In this document: piece by piece, positions 19,892-29,610 of the stretch
Numbering within the stretch: position 1 is the first letter of the stretch
Layout: the number at the start of each line of letters is the position of its first letter
Virus record (IMG/VR): IMGVR_UViG_3300034073_001700
Location: 1 to 64,000 of that record
From: a virus
Length of the DNA: 64,000 nt
Direction: 5' to 3' (one strand)
Notes under the pieces: generated by a model
Told to the model about the DNA's origin: nothing
The model's input: the letters and a program-made list of their open reading frames with translations, nothing else
Databases searched by the model: none
Program-made: the position numbers and the translations under genes

Positions 19892-21709
19892 TTATGCTAA
19901 AAGTGTTCCAACAACTGTAACTGTTGAGTTATTGTTGTCAGTTTCTACACGAAGACGAACATCGGTTCCACTAACATCTGCTGAAACAGATCCAAGTGCA
20001 CCATTTGTTCCTACCATCGCATATTCTGTAATTGCAATATTGTCAGATGTATCAAGTGTAAGAACTACCTTTGATACTTCTGTATGTGAGCCATTTGCAA
20101 TCTTTACAAGGAATTCAGCAGAGCGATAGTCTGCCTTAGCCCATGATACTGCTGTGTTTGTGCTTGCGGTTGCTACAGTTGCAGATGCTGCAACCTGCTT
20201 TGCTACAGATGCAATTTCTACTGCTGGGAAGTCAGGTGTGACTGCCTCAAGAGCAGATACTGCACGAGCATCTGTAAAGTAAAGGTTTGTTGTACCTTCA
20301 AGAAGATCATCAGTTGTTGAGTCTGCAACACCGTTTTCTGCGGTAATTGTAAGACCATTTCCGTCACCAGTGATCTGAATATTTGTTAATGTAGCACCTG
20401 TTAGTAGTGATGCTGCATCACCTTGAGCACGAGCAGTTGTGTAGTAAAGGTTTGAACCTTCTTCAATATCAGATGTTGAAAGCAAATCAATTGCGTTGTT
20501 TGTATATGTTGCCGCATTTGATTCTGCTGTATTTGCATATCCTTGTGCTGTTGAAAGAGCAGTTGTGATTTCGCCATCTGTATAAGAGTTAGCAGAAGTA
20601 ATAGCATCTGTCTCTGCTTGATCAGCGTAAGCCTCATATGCTGCTGTAATAGCAATCTCACGGCCATCTGTATAAGAATTTGCTGATGTTACAGCATCAG
20701 ATTCTGCAGTATCAACATAAAGTTTATTTGCAGCGTCTCCATTTGCTGTTGGTTCTGCAAGGCTTGTTACCTTGTTTGTACCACCAAAATCAAGGTTACC
20801 AGTCATGCTGTCTCCAGCCTTGGCTACCTTTTCACCAATTGATGCAGTTACTGTTGTTACGAAGTTAGCATCATCACCAATCGCTGCAGCAAGTTCATTC
20901 AATGTATCAAGAACTTCTGGAGCAGAATCTACAAGATTTGATACTGCTGTATCAACATAAGATTTTGTTGCAGCATCTTGGTTTGCAGCAGGTTCGGCAA
21001 GGCCAGAAACCTTATATCCGCCAGCAGCAAGATCGCTGCCAAGAGTTTTGTTTGAAAGTGTTTGTACATCAGTTGTACCAACAACATTTCCAGTTACTCC
21101 ATGAACTCCAGTTGTTAGGTCATTATGATCGTCAACTGCCCCATCAGCATAGTTTTGGTATGCAGTTGTAATTGCTGTTTCTCTTCCATCTGTATAAGAG
21201 TTAGCAGAAGTAATAGCATCTGCTTCTGCAGCATCTGCATATGCCTGATAAGCGGTAGTAATTGCTGTCTCACGACCATCTGTGTATGCTTCTGCTGCAT
21301 CAATTGCTTCGCCCTTTGCTGTAGCAACTTCTGCATCTGTTGCAAAAGAGCCATCAATTGTTGCTGTAATGCTTACGTTTGCTGTACCGTCAAAAGATAC
21401 AGAACCTGTTACATCTCCAGCCAAAGAAATTGTACGAGCAGTCTCAAGTGCTGTTGCTGTATCTGCATTACCAGTTACATCACCAACAAGGTCTGCTGTT
21501 ACTGTACCCGCAGCAAAATCGCCATTAGCATCACGCTTTACGACTGTATCTGCAGTATTGTTTGAGGTGGCTGTTCCACCGATTAAACCAATAATGTAAT
21601 TATCATCATCTGGTTTCTTTGTAAGAATGTCATAATTATTGATGGTACCTGTTGTGCCTTCAACAATCAGACCATTCTTTACCTTAAAGTCTTTTGTGAC
21701 TGTTGCCAT
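19892..21709 (-). CDS. Tail fibre-like protein
   Basis: GNADTATALETARTISLAGDVTGSVSFDG, APEVLDTLNELAAAIGDD, EGSNLYYT repeats. Confidence 0.8.
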   Translation of the reverse strand: MATVTKDFKVKNGLIVEGTTGTINNYDILTKKPDDDNYIIGLIGGTATSNNTADTVVKRDANGDFAAGTVTADLVGDVTGNADTATALETARTISLAGDVTGSVSFDGTANVSITATIDGSFATDAEVATAKGEAIDAAEAYTDGRETAITTAYQAYADAAEADAITSANSYTDGRETAITTAYQNYADGAVDDHNDLTTGVHGVTGNVVGTTDVQTLSNKTLGSDLAAGGYKVSGLAEPAANQDAATKSYVDTAVSNLVDSAPEVLDTLNELAAAIGDDANFVTTVTASIGEKVAKAGDSMTGNLDFGGTNKVTSLAEPTANGDAANKLYVDTAESDAVTSANSYTDGREIAITAAYEAYADQAETDAITSANSYTDGEITTALSTAQGYANTAESNAATYTNNAIDLLSTSDIEEGSNLYYTTARAQGDAASLLTGATLTNIQITGDGNGLTITAENGVADSTTDDLLEGTTNLYFTDARAVSALEAVTPDFPAVEIASVAKQVAASATVATASTNTAVSWAKADYRSAEFLVKIANGSHTEVSKVVLTLDTSDNIAITEYAMVGTNGALGSVSADVSGTDVRLRVETDNNNSTVTVVGTLLA

Positions 21710-21727
21710 TTTTATTATCTCCTTGTG

Positions 21728-22174
21728 TTACGCCTTAAGTCCAATTCGTGCATAACGAACTGTGACTGGCTTAATTGCAGGATCTGGAGTAACCGTTAAG
21801 GATACTGTATTTCCAGCCCTGGAGACGCTAATGGTGCCAATATTCCCATCGTTGTCTATTGTTCCGTATTCGCTGACATTTACATTTGTACCGTCAACTA
21901 ATACGGTCAACTCTGTTGCATAAAACTTATTGTCTCCCGCAGTTACCTTAGCGATTGAAACAATATACTTGATCATACGCCACTCTGTGGCATCAAAATT
22001 ATCAATTACTGTTGGATTCTCAATACCAGTAATTGTATTTTCATTATTGCCCATTGAGCCTAAATCGGTAGAACGAGCAGAGGCGGAATCAATTAAATCT
22101 TCGTAATCTTCCTGTGTAGGACGATCACCAGTCTCAAATTTTGTTTTTAGCGTAGGTATTGATATCTTAGCCAT
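21728..22174 (-). CDS. Virion structural protein
   Basis: LKTKFETGDRPTQEDYEDLIDS motif; C-terminal domain resembles that of 19892..21709. Confidence 0.65.
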   Translation of the reverse strand: MAKISIPTLKTKFETGDRPTQEDYEDLIDSASARSTDLGSMGNNENTITGIENPTVIDNFDATEWRMIKYIVSIAKVTAGDNKFYATELTVLVDGTNVNVSEYGTIDNDGNIGTISVSRAGNTVSLTVTPDPAIKPVTVRYARIGLKA

Positions 22175-22197
22175 GATCGTATTATAACTCCTTTTTA

Positions 22198-22446
22198 CTA
22201 TAAAATATAGTTACTATATCCTATAATTTGTAACGGTATGGGAGGTGGATTATTCTTAGAATACCCATACGTTCCAACATTGATAAACTGAACTCTAAAG
22301 GGCAAAACCTCTTCTAGTTTAACCTTTGGAGTTATGTCATTAATTTTTATATATCTTTTATCCAATTCATGTATTTGTGCATGTGATAAACGGTGAGTTG
22401 TATTATAAACTTCTTTATATGCTGGAGTTAGGTTTTGATTAATCAT
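22198..22446 (-). CDS. Hypothetical protein
   Basis: ATGA overlap with upstream gene. Confidence 0.6.
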   Translation of the reverse strand: MINQNLTPAYKEVYNTTHRLSHAQIHELDKRYIKINDITPKVKLEEVLPFRVQFINVGTYGYSKNNPPPIPLQIIGYSNYIL

Positions 22447-22832
22447 TCCGTAACATCTTCAATGATAACCATGGACCCTTTGGCTATCGTCCAGACTCTT
22501 CCTTCTGACAAAAGTTCTGTCAACTGAATATCAAAAATATCTCCAGTTTCTAAAAGTTCTGATTGTGATGATGTTAGGTTTACCGTGAAACTTCCTTCTA
22601 CATCCTGAAACTCAATTGGGTGGGGTTCTAATGAAACTATTACTTGATCTGTTGATGGACGATAAATGTCCATCTTAATTTCCCAATCTTCTAAGTATAA
22701 TGGCTCACGAGCATCGTTTGTGACATATACTCTAAATGCTGCAGAGTCTCCTCTAATTACCGTCCATCTTACTTCTGGTGGTAAAGCACCTAATGCATAA
22801 GAATCTGTTGTCTGATTTCGGAAGGTAGCCAT
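22443..22832 (-). CDS. BppU-N-like structural protein (paralog of 32940..33311 and 34574..34972)
   Basis: RGDSA...FDIQL...TIAKGSMVIIEDVT pattern. Confidence 0.55.
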   Translation of the reverse strand: MATFRNQTTDSYALGALPPEVRWTVIRGDSAAFRVYVTNDAREPLYLEDWEIKMDIYRPSTDQVIVSLEPHPIEFQDVEGSFTVNLTSSQSELLETGDIFDIQLTELLSEGRVWTIAKGSMVIIEDVTE

Positions 22833-22850
22833 GTGTTGATTATATCATAT

Positions 22851-23393
22851 TTAGGCTAATCCAGCCTTCAATGCTCCCCAAGTTCCATTACCCTTTGCCT
22901 CAACAATAATAATACCATTGGTTGTATGTGCATATGCAACTATTCCTACTGCCCCGCTTCCTGCTGTTGGCCTTGTTTGTGTAAGGCCTCCATCTGGTCT
23001 GCTTACATACAAAACATCTCCAGCAGAAAAAGAAGAGGTATTGACATTTGCTAATACTCCAGCAACAACTACTTTGCCAATCTCATTATTGTCAAGTGAT
23101 GACTTTAATAATCCCAATACTGGTTTTACAACCTCTGCATCCCATAAATCTTCAGTGTAGTGTTTTACACCAGGAAGTGTTTCTGAATAGTTAAAAATAT
23201 ATACTGGAGTTCCTGCTATTAAATTTATTCCGCTAATATTTTTAACATCTATCTGAATAATTGATACATCTATTGACTCTAAGGATTCCTTTACGTCTTC
23301 GGCTAATTGCTCCATATCTCCGTGTACGTTAACTGGATCTGTCGCTTTTGGGAAACTAATCTCAAATTGACCTGTTGTTTTGTCTGTTGCCAT
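22851..23393 (-). CDS. Virion structural protein
   Basis: NTSSFSAGDVLYVS...GGLTQTRP motif typical of phage fibre/decoration proteins. Confidence 0.6.
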   Translation of the reverse strand: MATDKTTGQFEISFPKATDPVNVHGDMEQLAEDVKESLESIDVSIIQIDVKNISGINLIAGTPVYIFNYSETLPGVKHYTEDLWDAEVVKPVLGLLKSSLDNNEIGKVVVAGVLANVNTSSFSAGDVLYVSRPDGGLTQTRPTAGSGAVGIVAYAHTTNGIIIVEAKGNGTWGALKAGLA

Positions 23394-23463
23394 AATAGAT
23401 TTATTATACCACTTTTACTCTATTTGACATAAGCCTCAAATTCATGTTATACTAAGTAGTAAT

Positions 23464-24087
23464 ATGACACCCTTAAAAAGGTGTCATTGTGTTTCTAAGG
23501 AGGAAACTATGATTAACTTTATGAAAAATAATAGGAAAATCATTGGTACACTCAGCATCATGGCTATGTTTTCCGTTTGGGCAAATATCGCTAATGCTTC
23601 TGAAAACCGATTAGAGGACATTAAACAGCCTGAACAGGTTGTTGTCCTGCTTGAGGAATCACTAAAGGCCACGGAAGTGGCCAAAGTCGTTTCTAAGGCT
23701 AAAGAAGATCAGTTAGAAAAATATGAAAACGCTACATCTCTATCTGATAAGGACCTTAAAGAACTGCTTAGGCTAGTAGGGTTTAAGGGACAAAGTCTCA
23801 AGGAGGCATGGGCTATTGTTAAAAAAGAAAGTAATGGTAGGCCATTTGCATTCAACGGAAATTCCAATACTGGAGACAGTTCATATGGTATTTTTCAAAT
23901 TAATATGATTGGAATGCTTGGCCCTGATCGTCGTAATAAATTCGAATTAGATCATAATGCAGACTTGTTTAATCCAGTTATAAACGCAAAAATTGCATAT
24001 CATATGTCCAAGGGTGGTGAAGACTGGAGAGCCTGGAAGGGTATCACTCCAAGAACCAAAGAACTAATGTCTGGGTTCCCACATTAA
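23464..24087 (+). CDS. Secreted lytic transglycosylase/lysozyme-like (SLT) protein
   Basis: Signal-peptide-like N-terminus after SD AAGGAGG (start likely 23509), KESNG catalytic Glu, YGIFQIN, W..W end. Confidence 0.8.
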   Translation: MTPLKRCHCVSKEETMINFMKNNRKIIGTLSIMAMFSVWANIANASENRLEDIKQPEQVVVLLEESLKATEVAKVVSKAKEDQLEKYENATSLSDKDLKELLRLVGFKGQSLKEAWAIVKKESNGRPFAFNGNSNTGDSSYGIFQINMIGMLGPDRRNKFELDHNADLFNPVINAKIAYHMSKGGEDWRAWKGITPRTKELMSGFPH

Positions 24088-24963
24088 AATACCAGATGGG
24101 TCCAGGCCTGCTACTTTATTCTTAAAGTGGTTGTGCCTGTGATCCATACCATTTTTTTCAGGCATTCCGATTACACTATTAGTTGAAAGTACCCCCGCAG
24201 ACTGACTAAATGCAGAGTTTCCAACTATTAAAACTTTGGCAGTTAACATAAATATAAAAGAGTCATATGTGTCCATATCATCTTTGATTATTATGTCTGG
24301 AATAATATTTTTAAATCTATCAGCGTTAATGCTTGTATGGGGGTATGACCCAGAATTATCCTTGTATAGGTGTGGTTGATGCCACATTCTCTCCTGGTCA
24401 AACCCTTTTGGAGAAAAGTTATTATTTGTTGAGTCTGTACAGATAAATATTTTTGGATTGTCTAATTTAAGTTTATCTATTATTTCTGGTATTTGTTTTA
24501 AAACATTTTCGTAGAACTCATCTGGGACATATCTTGGATTTTCTGGTATTGCATTTCCTCTTCGTATATGAATAACTATAGAATTATGGGTAGCGTTGAC
24601 AAACTTATTAAATGTTGGCCCCTCTTTTATAAAATCTTTATCATAATCATGCTTGGCAAATCCTGGAGCCTCTGCTCCTGCTCCTACATTAGTGCATAAT
24701 CTTTTATATGGTATTTGTTCAAAGTCTATATTTGCCCAGGGATTATATAAAACATTATTAAATTTATTTAATAAGTCTAAATATTTTGGATCTGACTCAT
24801 CTACAATGTTATCAGATTCATGAATTAGAAACCAATCAATTGGGGTGTTTTGAAATAACTTTCCATAGTACTTAGAATAACACATGGCATAAATTTTTTT
24901 CCACAGCATTGCGCCCAATCCATCCATGGTTTTAAATTCTTTTACTATCTCTGTCATATCCAA
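24064..24963 (-). CDS. Glycosyltransferase, alpha-1,2-fucosyltransferase (GT11)-like
   Basis: DGLG, IVIHIRRG, ICTD, LIVGNSAFS motifs. Confidence 0.65.
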   Translation of the reverse strand: MDMTEIVKEFKTMDGLGAMLWKKIYAMCYSKYYGKLFQNTPIDWFLIHESDNIVDESDPKYLDLLNKFNNVLYNPWANIDFEQIPYKRLCTNVGAGAEAPGFAKHDYDKDFIKEGPTFNKFVNATHNSIVIHIRRGNAIPENPRYVPDEFYENVLKQIPEIIDKLKLDNPKIFICTDSTNNNFSPKGFDQERMWHQPHLYKDNSGSYPHTSINADRFKNIIPDIIIKDDMDTYDSFIFMLTAKVLIVGNSAFSQSAGVLSTNSVIGMPEKNGMDHRHNHFKNKVAGLDPSGILMWEPRH

Positions 24964-25910
24964 TCTCTCTTTACTAATTCATTGTAATAAAACTCTTCCC
25001 AATGTAGTTGTCTGTGTATTCCAGGGTGCGGTCTGTGTGATCCAGGACCCCACGGACCTTTTATCATGTGATAGTCATAAGCCATATCAAAAATTTCTGG
25101 ATATTTGTCATTATATTCTTTGTGACACATTATGTCATTCCAATTATTCATTTGATAGTACGGTAATAATTTTTCTCTTTTTACTAAGTCTATCGTAAAC
25201 TCAAAATCTGGTGGAAATTCTTTTCTTGTATAGTCTCTTACATAATTTTTAAAATTACTTTCTAAAAACCTTTCATTATCTTCTGTTAATGCATTTGACC
25301 ATGAACTCCAAATCATTTTAATTTTATGAGAATTACAAAAAGTTTCTAACATTTTTAAATGGTCTAAATTTTGATAATATACCCATTCATATGGAAGTAT
25401 TTCTTGATAATTCCAGGGTGCAGAAACTTTTGTTTTTTTAGGAGAATAGTTTATGTACCAGTCTTGTAAATGTGTTGCATCTGGAGATACAAAATAAAAT
25501 CTTTCAAAATTTGCAAAATTACAAATTACAATTTCAGGAACATAATCATATTTATTAATTAAGCCAAAGAAACTGGAAACCAATTTATTGACTGCTGCAC
25601 CGCTATAAGATATATTTCCTATAAGATATTTGCCATAACCAATTCTTTCTTGTAAAAGGTTTGACCATCTAAGATTTTCTGGAAGTCCTTGGCCCAATGT
25701 TAAAGAACAACCAATAACTACTATATTTGGCTTTTGACTAAAGTCAACCGATCTTAAGCCATCTTCATTCCATTGGTAACTATACTCTGGCCTTGGAATT
25801 TCTGCATGCCCCGCAATTATTGGGCTATTAGATTTATAGTTTCTATTTTTATCTAATTTATTATATCCATTATGTGGTATTGGTCCAGGGATAAATAGGT
25901 CATCGAACAT
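24954..25910 (-). CDS. SGNH-hydrolase-like protein (possible acyl-modifying enzyme)
   Basis: GCSLTLGQG block I and C-terminal HPG. Confidence 0.55.
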   Translation of the reverse strand: MFDDLFIPGPIPHNGYNKLDKNRNYKSNSPIIAGHAEIPRPEYSYQWNEDGLRSVDFSQKPNIVVIGCSLTLGQGLPENLRWSNLLQERIGYGKYLIGNISYSGAAVNKLVSSFFGLINKYDYVPEIVICNFANFERFYFVSPDATHLQDWYINYSPKKTKVSAPWNYQEILPYEWVYYQNLDHLKMLETFCNSHKIKMIWSSWSNALTEDNERFLESNFKNYVRDYTRKEFPPDFEFTIDLVKREKLLPYYQMNNWNDIMCHKEYNDKYPEIFDMAYDYHMIKGPWGPGSHRPHPGIHRQLHWEEFYYNELVKRDWI

Positions 25911-25985
25911 ATTACTAGTATAGCAAATTACTTTTTTTAATTTTTCTATATTTTTTCCACATACGGTATTTAAATATAAGCCTCT

Positions 25986-27023
25986 TTACAATTTTAATTT
26001 TGACTCACTCCATTCTCTCCACCACATCTTTCTGCCCAAGTCTAGCGGGTAGTTATTCCAAGAATACGGATGTCCTTCGGCTTTTGGCGGGTTATCAAAA
26101 AAGTCCCAAGTTTCTATGCCCTTTTCATGTCTAATTCTATGAATATAGGCGGTATATGTACTTCCAGATGTTCCAACAAAATTAATTGAATCATGTAAAA
26201 CTAAATTACATATGAGCCCAAATACCACTTCGTCCTGAAAAGGCAAAGATCTAAAATCTTCTGTAAAATTATTAACAATATATTCATCTAGTAATATAAA
26301 TCTATTTTTATTTTTTTCTATCATTTCGTGTCCTGGCTCACAAGTAGAAACAACTATCTTGTGTCCATTATTTTCATAACTATCTAACCATGACTCAAAC
26401 ATATCTTGTGTTGTATTAAACATATTAACATGATCTGATAATCTTAAATGCATTCCCTGAAATGTTCCCAAGGAATTAGATATTTTTTTGGCTAGATCAA
26501 CGTATTCTTTTTTAAATTTTACTGAAGATAATGACATATCTAAACTTTGACTTCTATTATAAAAAAATCTTGAGTACCAACCTAATGTTCTTTTAAGATG
26601 AACATTTTTATCTAATGGTAGTCTTTCTCTTCCTTCTGCAAACAGCAGTTCATCTTCTGTTATTTCTTTTTCTTTACTATAATAATATCTTGACATAAGT
26701 TCATCAGCAAGAAAGTCTTGTTGCCTAAAAAAATCTATCTTCTGATCTATAAATGTTATATTTTGATTAAACTCTACAAGGTCAAGTAGGTGAGGAAATT
26801 GTTCCTTATTTGTAAAATCTTTTCTTTGTGGATTGTACCAAAGGCTTGGGGTAAATATTGGAACCTGCTTAAAATCGTAAAGTTTATCCCCCGAATTACT
26901 TACATAATGAACTATTACATCTTTTTTAGTTTCATGAGCAAGACCTACCGCAAGTTCAAGGCTCATTACTTGATTAATCATTCCAGTGGGGTTATATAAC
27001 TGAAAAAATATTTTATTTGACAT
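25986..27023 (-). CDS. GDP-fucose protein O-fucosyltransferase-like glycosyltransferase
   Basis: GMINQ (GxxNQ), HLRLSD, FVGTSGSTYT. Confidence 0.7.
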   Translation of the reverse strand: MSNKIFFQLYNPTGMINQVMSLELAVGLAHETKKDVIVHYVSNSGDKLYDFKQVPIFTPSLWYNPQRKDFTNKEQFPHLLDLVEFNQNITFIDQKIDFFRQQDFLADELMSRYYYSKEKEITEDELLFAEGRERLPLDKNVHLKRTLGWYSRFFYNRSQSLDMSLSSVKFKKEYVDLAKKISNSLGTFQGMHLRLSDHVNMFNTTQDMFESWLDSYENNGHKIVVSTCEPGHEMIEKNKNRFILLDEYIVNNFTEDFRSLPFQDEVVFGLICNLVLHDSINFVGTSGSTYTAYIHRIRHEKGIETWDFFDNPPKAEGHPYSWNNYPLDLGRKMWWREWSESKLKL

Positions 27024-27981
27024 TTTTAATTTGATCGCTTATCCAGTTATAAGTTTGTGTCAAACCATATTCTAAATCTTCACTTGGCCTGTAACCTAAA
27101 ACTTTTGTAATTAACTCATTATGAGATGTTCTTGCATGAACACCAAGTGGGCCAGGGATATGCTTTTTATTTAATTTCTTTCCTGCTATACTACAAACAA
27201 TATCTACTAATTCATTTATAGAGACATTTCTCTCCGAACCTATATTTATTGGCTCAAAGTAATTTTGCTCTCTATAAAAATCTATGGTAGCCTTTACTGC
27301 TTCATCTATATATAAAAATGATCTATGCTGTTCTCCACTACCCCAAATTTCTATTTCATCAGTTGCTTTTGCTACCTTGCGACAAATGGCTGCTGGAGCC
27401 TTTTCTTTGCCTCCGTCCCAAGTTCCATATGGTCCATAAACATTGTGGTAGCGGGCTATTTTGTTTTTCATTCCATAATTACGATTGTATGCAAGATAAA
27501 GTCTTTCACTAAATAATTTTTCCCATCCATATTCTGTATCTGGTTCTGCTGGGTAAACAGTATCCTCACGAGTATTTATTGATCCTGGGTCCATTTGATT
27601 ATACTCTGGATAAACGCAAGCGGTAGAAGAAAAGAATACTGACTTAATACCAATTTTTTCTGCTTGCTTTAAAACATTTACATTTATTAAAATTGAATTT
27701 CCCATAACCTCTGCATCATTATCTCCAGAGTTTATATATCCAGCACCCCCCATATCTGCTGCTAATTGATAAACTTCATCAAATCTTTTATCTAAAACAT
27801 TTTCAACAACTTCTTTAATTCTTAAGTCTCCAATAACAAAATCATCTGCGTAGGTATCCCAATGTTCTGGATACTTTAAATCTACACCACGAACCCAAAA
27901 TCCTTGTTCTTTTAGTTTTTTAACAAGATGGCTTCCAATAAACCCACCTGCTCCAAGTACTAATGCTGTTTTTGATTCCAT
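27013..27981 (-). CDS. NAD-dependent epimerase, GDP-mannose 3,5-epimerase-like
   Basis: GAGGFIG, QLAADMGGAGYI, SSTACVYPE, YGWEK, KEKAPAAICRKV, IWG..EQHRSF. Confidence 0.88.
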   Translation of the reverse strand: MESKTALVLGAGGFIGSHLVKKLKEQGFWVRGVDLKYPEHWDTYADDFVIGDLRIKEVVENVLDKRFDEVYQLAADMGGAGYINSGDNDAEVMGNSILINVNVLKQAEKIGIKSVFFSSTACVYPEYNQMDPGSINTREDTVYPAEPDTEYGWEKLFSERLYLAYNRNYGMKNKIARYHNVYGPYGTWDGGKEKAPAAICRKVAKATDEIEIWGSGEQHRSFLYIDEAVKATIDFYREQNYFEPINIGSERNVSINELVDIVCSIAGKKLNKKHIPGPLGVHARTSHNELITKVLGYRPSEDLEYGLTQTYNWISDQIKNVK

Positions 27982-28535
27982 TCTTCCTCCGTTATATTAC
28001 CACGAATTACATCTAAATAATCTTTACCTTTTGCAATATACCAATGATCTGGTTCAACAAAATGAAAAAATATCATTGCAACATGACTAGAATCTGGGTT
28101 TGGGAATTCTTCTCTCCAATGTAATTGATCATTTCCATAATATGCCAATGCTTGATTTTCTTGTAGTCGATATGGCTTATCAATAACATATAGATCCCAA
28201 GGCTCTGTTTGATATACACAATAGTCAATTGTATATGTGCATGCATTATCGTCTTTGTGAGCATGCAACGAAGCCCCTGGTCCTTCATAATGTGCAAACA
28301 ATGAGTATGATGGTAATAAAGTCTCACTGTTAAAGTGTTTTCTTGCAATAGGAAGTAACTTTTCTGTGTATTGATCTATTACACTGTCTGTAAAACAATA
28401 TCTTCCAAAGGATCCAGAGTAATTTGCTTCAAGTTTGGGCTGTGCAAACAAATGGTGTTTAAGATAAAGATAATCTTCATGCAAAAACACATGTTGCATT
28501 ATTTCTGGATCTTTTAAACTAGTCATCTTAGCCAA
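27960..28535 (-). CDS. 2OG-Fe(II) oxygenase-like protein
   Basis: LHAHKD, HWRE, IFFHF; similar to 56569..57126. Confidence 0.7.
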   Translation of the reverse strand: MAKMTSLKDPEIMQHVFLHEDYLYLKHHLFAQPKLEANYSGSFGRYCFTDSVIDQYTEKLLPIARKHFNSETLLPSYSLFAHYEGPGASLHAHKDDNACTYTIDYCVYQTEPWDLYVIDKPYRLQENQALAYYGNDQLHWREEFPNPDSSHVAMIFFHFVEPDHWYIAKGKDYLDVIRGNITEEEWNQKQH

Positions 28536-29125
28536 CTCACCACGGCATATCTAGTACCGTTAGTAACTGGAACCACAGAATGATTATAAACAAAAGTAGA
28601 TGGAAAAATCAATAATTCATTTTTTTCTGGTTTATGATTTAAATTAAATCTAGGAAATAAAATCTCTCCACCTTCATAATCATCATTCATATAAAAAGTA
28701 GTAGATATTCTTCTATGGTGATCTTTATGGTCATCAATGTGATTGGTAAATTTTTGACCAATTCCATATTTTAAAATACCATACTGGTCATGCCAATTTG
28801 TTTCGCACTGAAACATTGCTTTATAGTCTTTTTCTCTTGGATCAAATGCTTCAAAAAAAATACTTGATAATGTTTTATAAAATGCATCACGCATACCCAT
28901 AAAATCACTTACGGTTTCTCCAACATATGGAACGCCAAATGTTTGTGTGTCTCTCGATTTAGTATCTACAGTAACTTTATCATAAGTTTGAACTTGTGAC
29001 TGTTGCCATTCTGTATTTATAGTTTTCATACCCTCTTCTATTTCAAAAATAAGAGTATCTATAGTATTGGAATCTAAAACATTTTTATATGAAACAATTC
29101 CTGGAGCCAATTCAACTTTTTCCAT
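28523..29125 (-). CDS. 2OG-Fe(II) oxygenase, prolyl-hydroxylase-like
   Basis: HID, YMNDDYEGGEI, FPS..YNHSV, GTRY. Confidence 0.88.
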   Translation of the reverse strand: MEKVELAPGIVSYKNVLDSNTIDTLIFEIEEGMKTINTEWQQSQVQTYDKVTVDTKSRDTQTFGVPYVGETVSDFMGMRDAFYKTLSSIFFEAFDPREKDYKAMFQCETNWHDQYGILKYGIGQKFTNHIDDHKDHHRRISTTFYMNDDYEGGEILFPRFNLNHKPEKNELLIFPSTFVYNHSVVPVTNGTRYAVVSWLR

Positions 29126-29126
29126 A

Positions 29127-29366
29127 CTACCATTTCCCTAACGGACATGTTGCTTTTTCTAATTTAGTTTTTCCGTACATAAAACAACCACACTGTTTGC
29201 ATTGTTTTGTTAGTTTGAATAATTCTGGACATCCTAAACAAATATTAAATCTTTCTTTAGCCTTTTCTTCGGAAGCCCATTCTGTATTAGGATTTACTAA
29301 ATCCCATGGCCTAGTTTCGCCTAGTTTTTCTTTATATTGTTGCCAAGCAGATTTTTCTTCTGACAT
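29127..29366 (-). CDS. Small Cys-rich DUF6171-like protein
   Basis: R..ICxxC...CxxCGC...K......CPLGKW; paralog of 36314..36514. Confidence 0.7.
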   Translation of the reverse strand: MSEEKSAWQQYKEKLGETRPWDLVNPNTEWASEEKAKERFNICLGCPELFKLTKQCKQCGCFMYGKTKLEKATCPLGKW

Positions 29367-29368
29367 TA

Positions 29369-29575
29369 TTACTCCTGTGGAGGAGTAAAATTAGTACCGT
29401 CCCAGTTCCAACCATGCGTAATGTCAGAATTAGAATCAACTTCAACTATCTTTGGATCTGAGGAAAGTCCAGAAACAAGTCTAATGCCATTAGGATTGAT
29501 TTCTGGATTATCTTCAACCTCTATCATTCCAAATACATCATTGTCAACAATTAAAGCATATTTATGTTTTGTCAT
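29369..29575 (-). CDS. Small protein, single WxWDGxxF domain, possible fibre chaperone
   Basis: YALIVDNDVF...GWNWDGTNF; similar to both halves of 15459..15905. Confidence 0.6.
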   Translation of the reverse strand: MTKHKYALIVDNDVFGMIEVEDNPEINPNGIRLVSGLSSDPKIVEVDSNSDITHGWNWDGTNFTPPQE

Positions 29576-29610
29576 TTTTGAATCTCCTTATTATTACAGT
29601 ATATCATAAA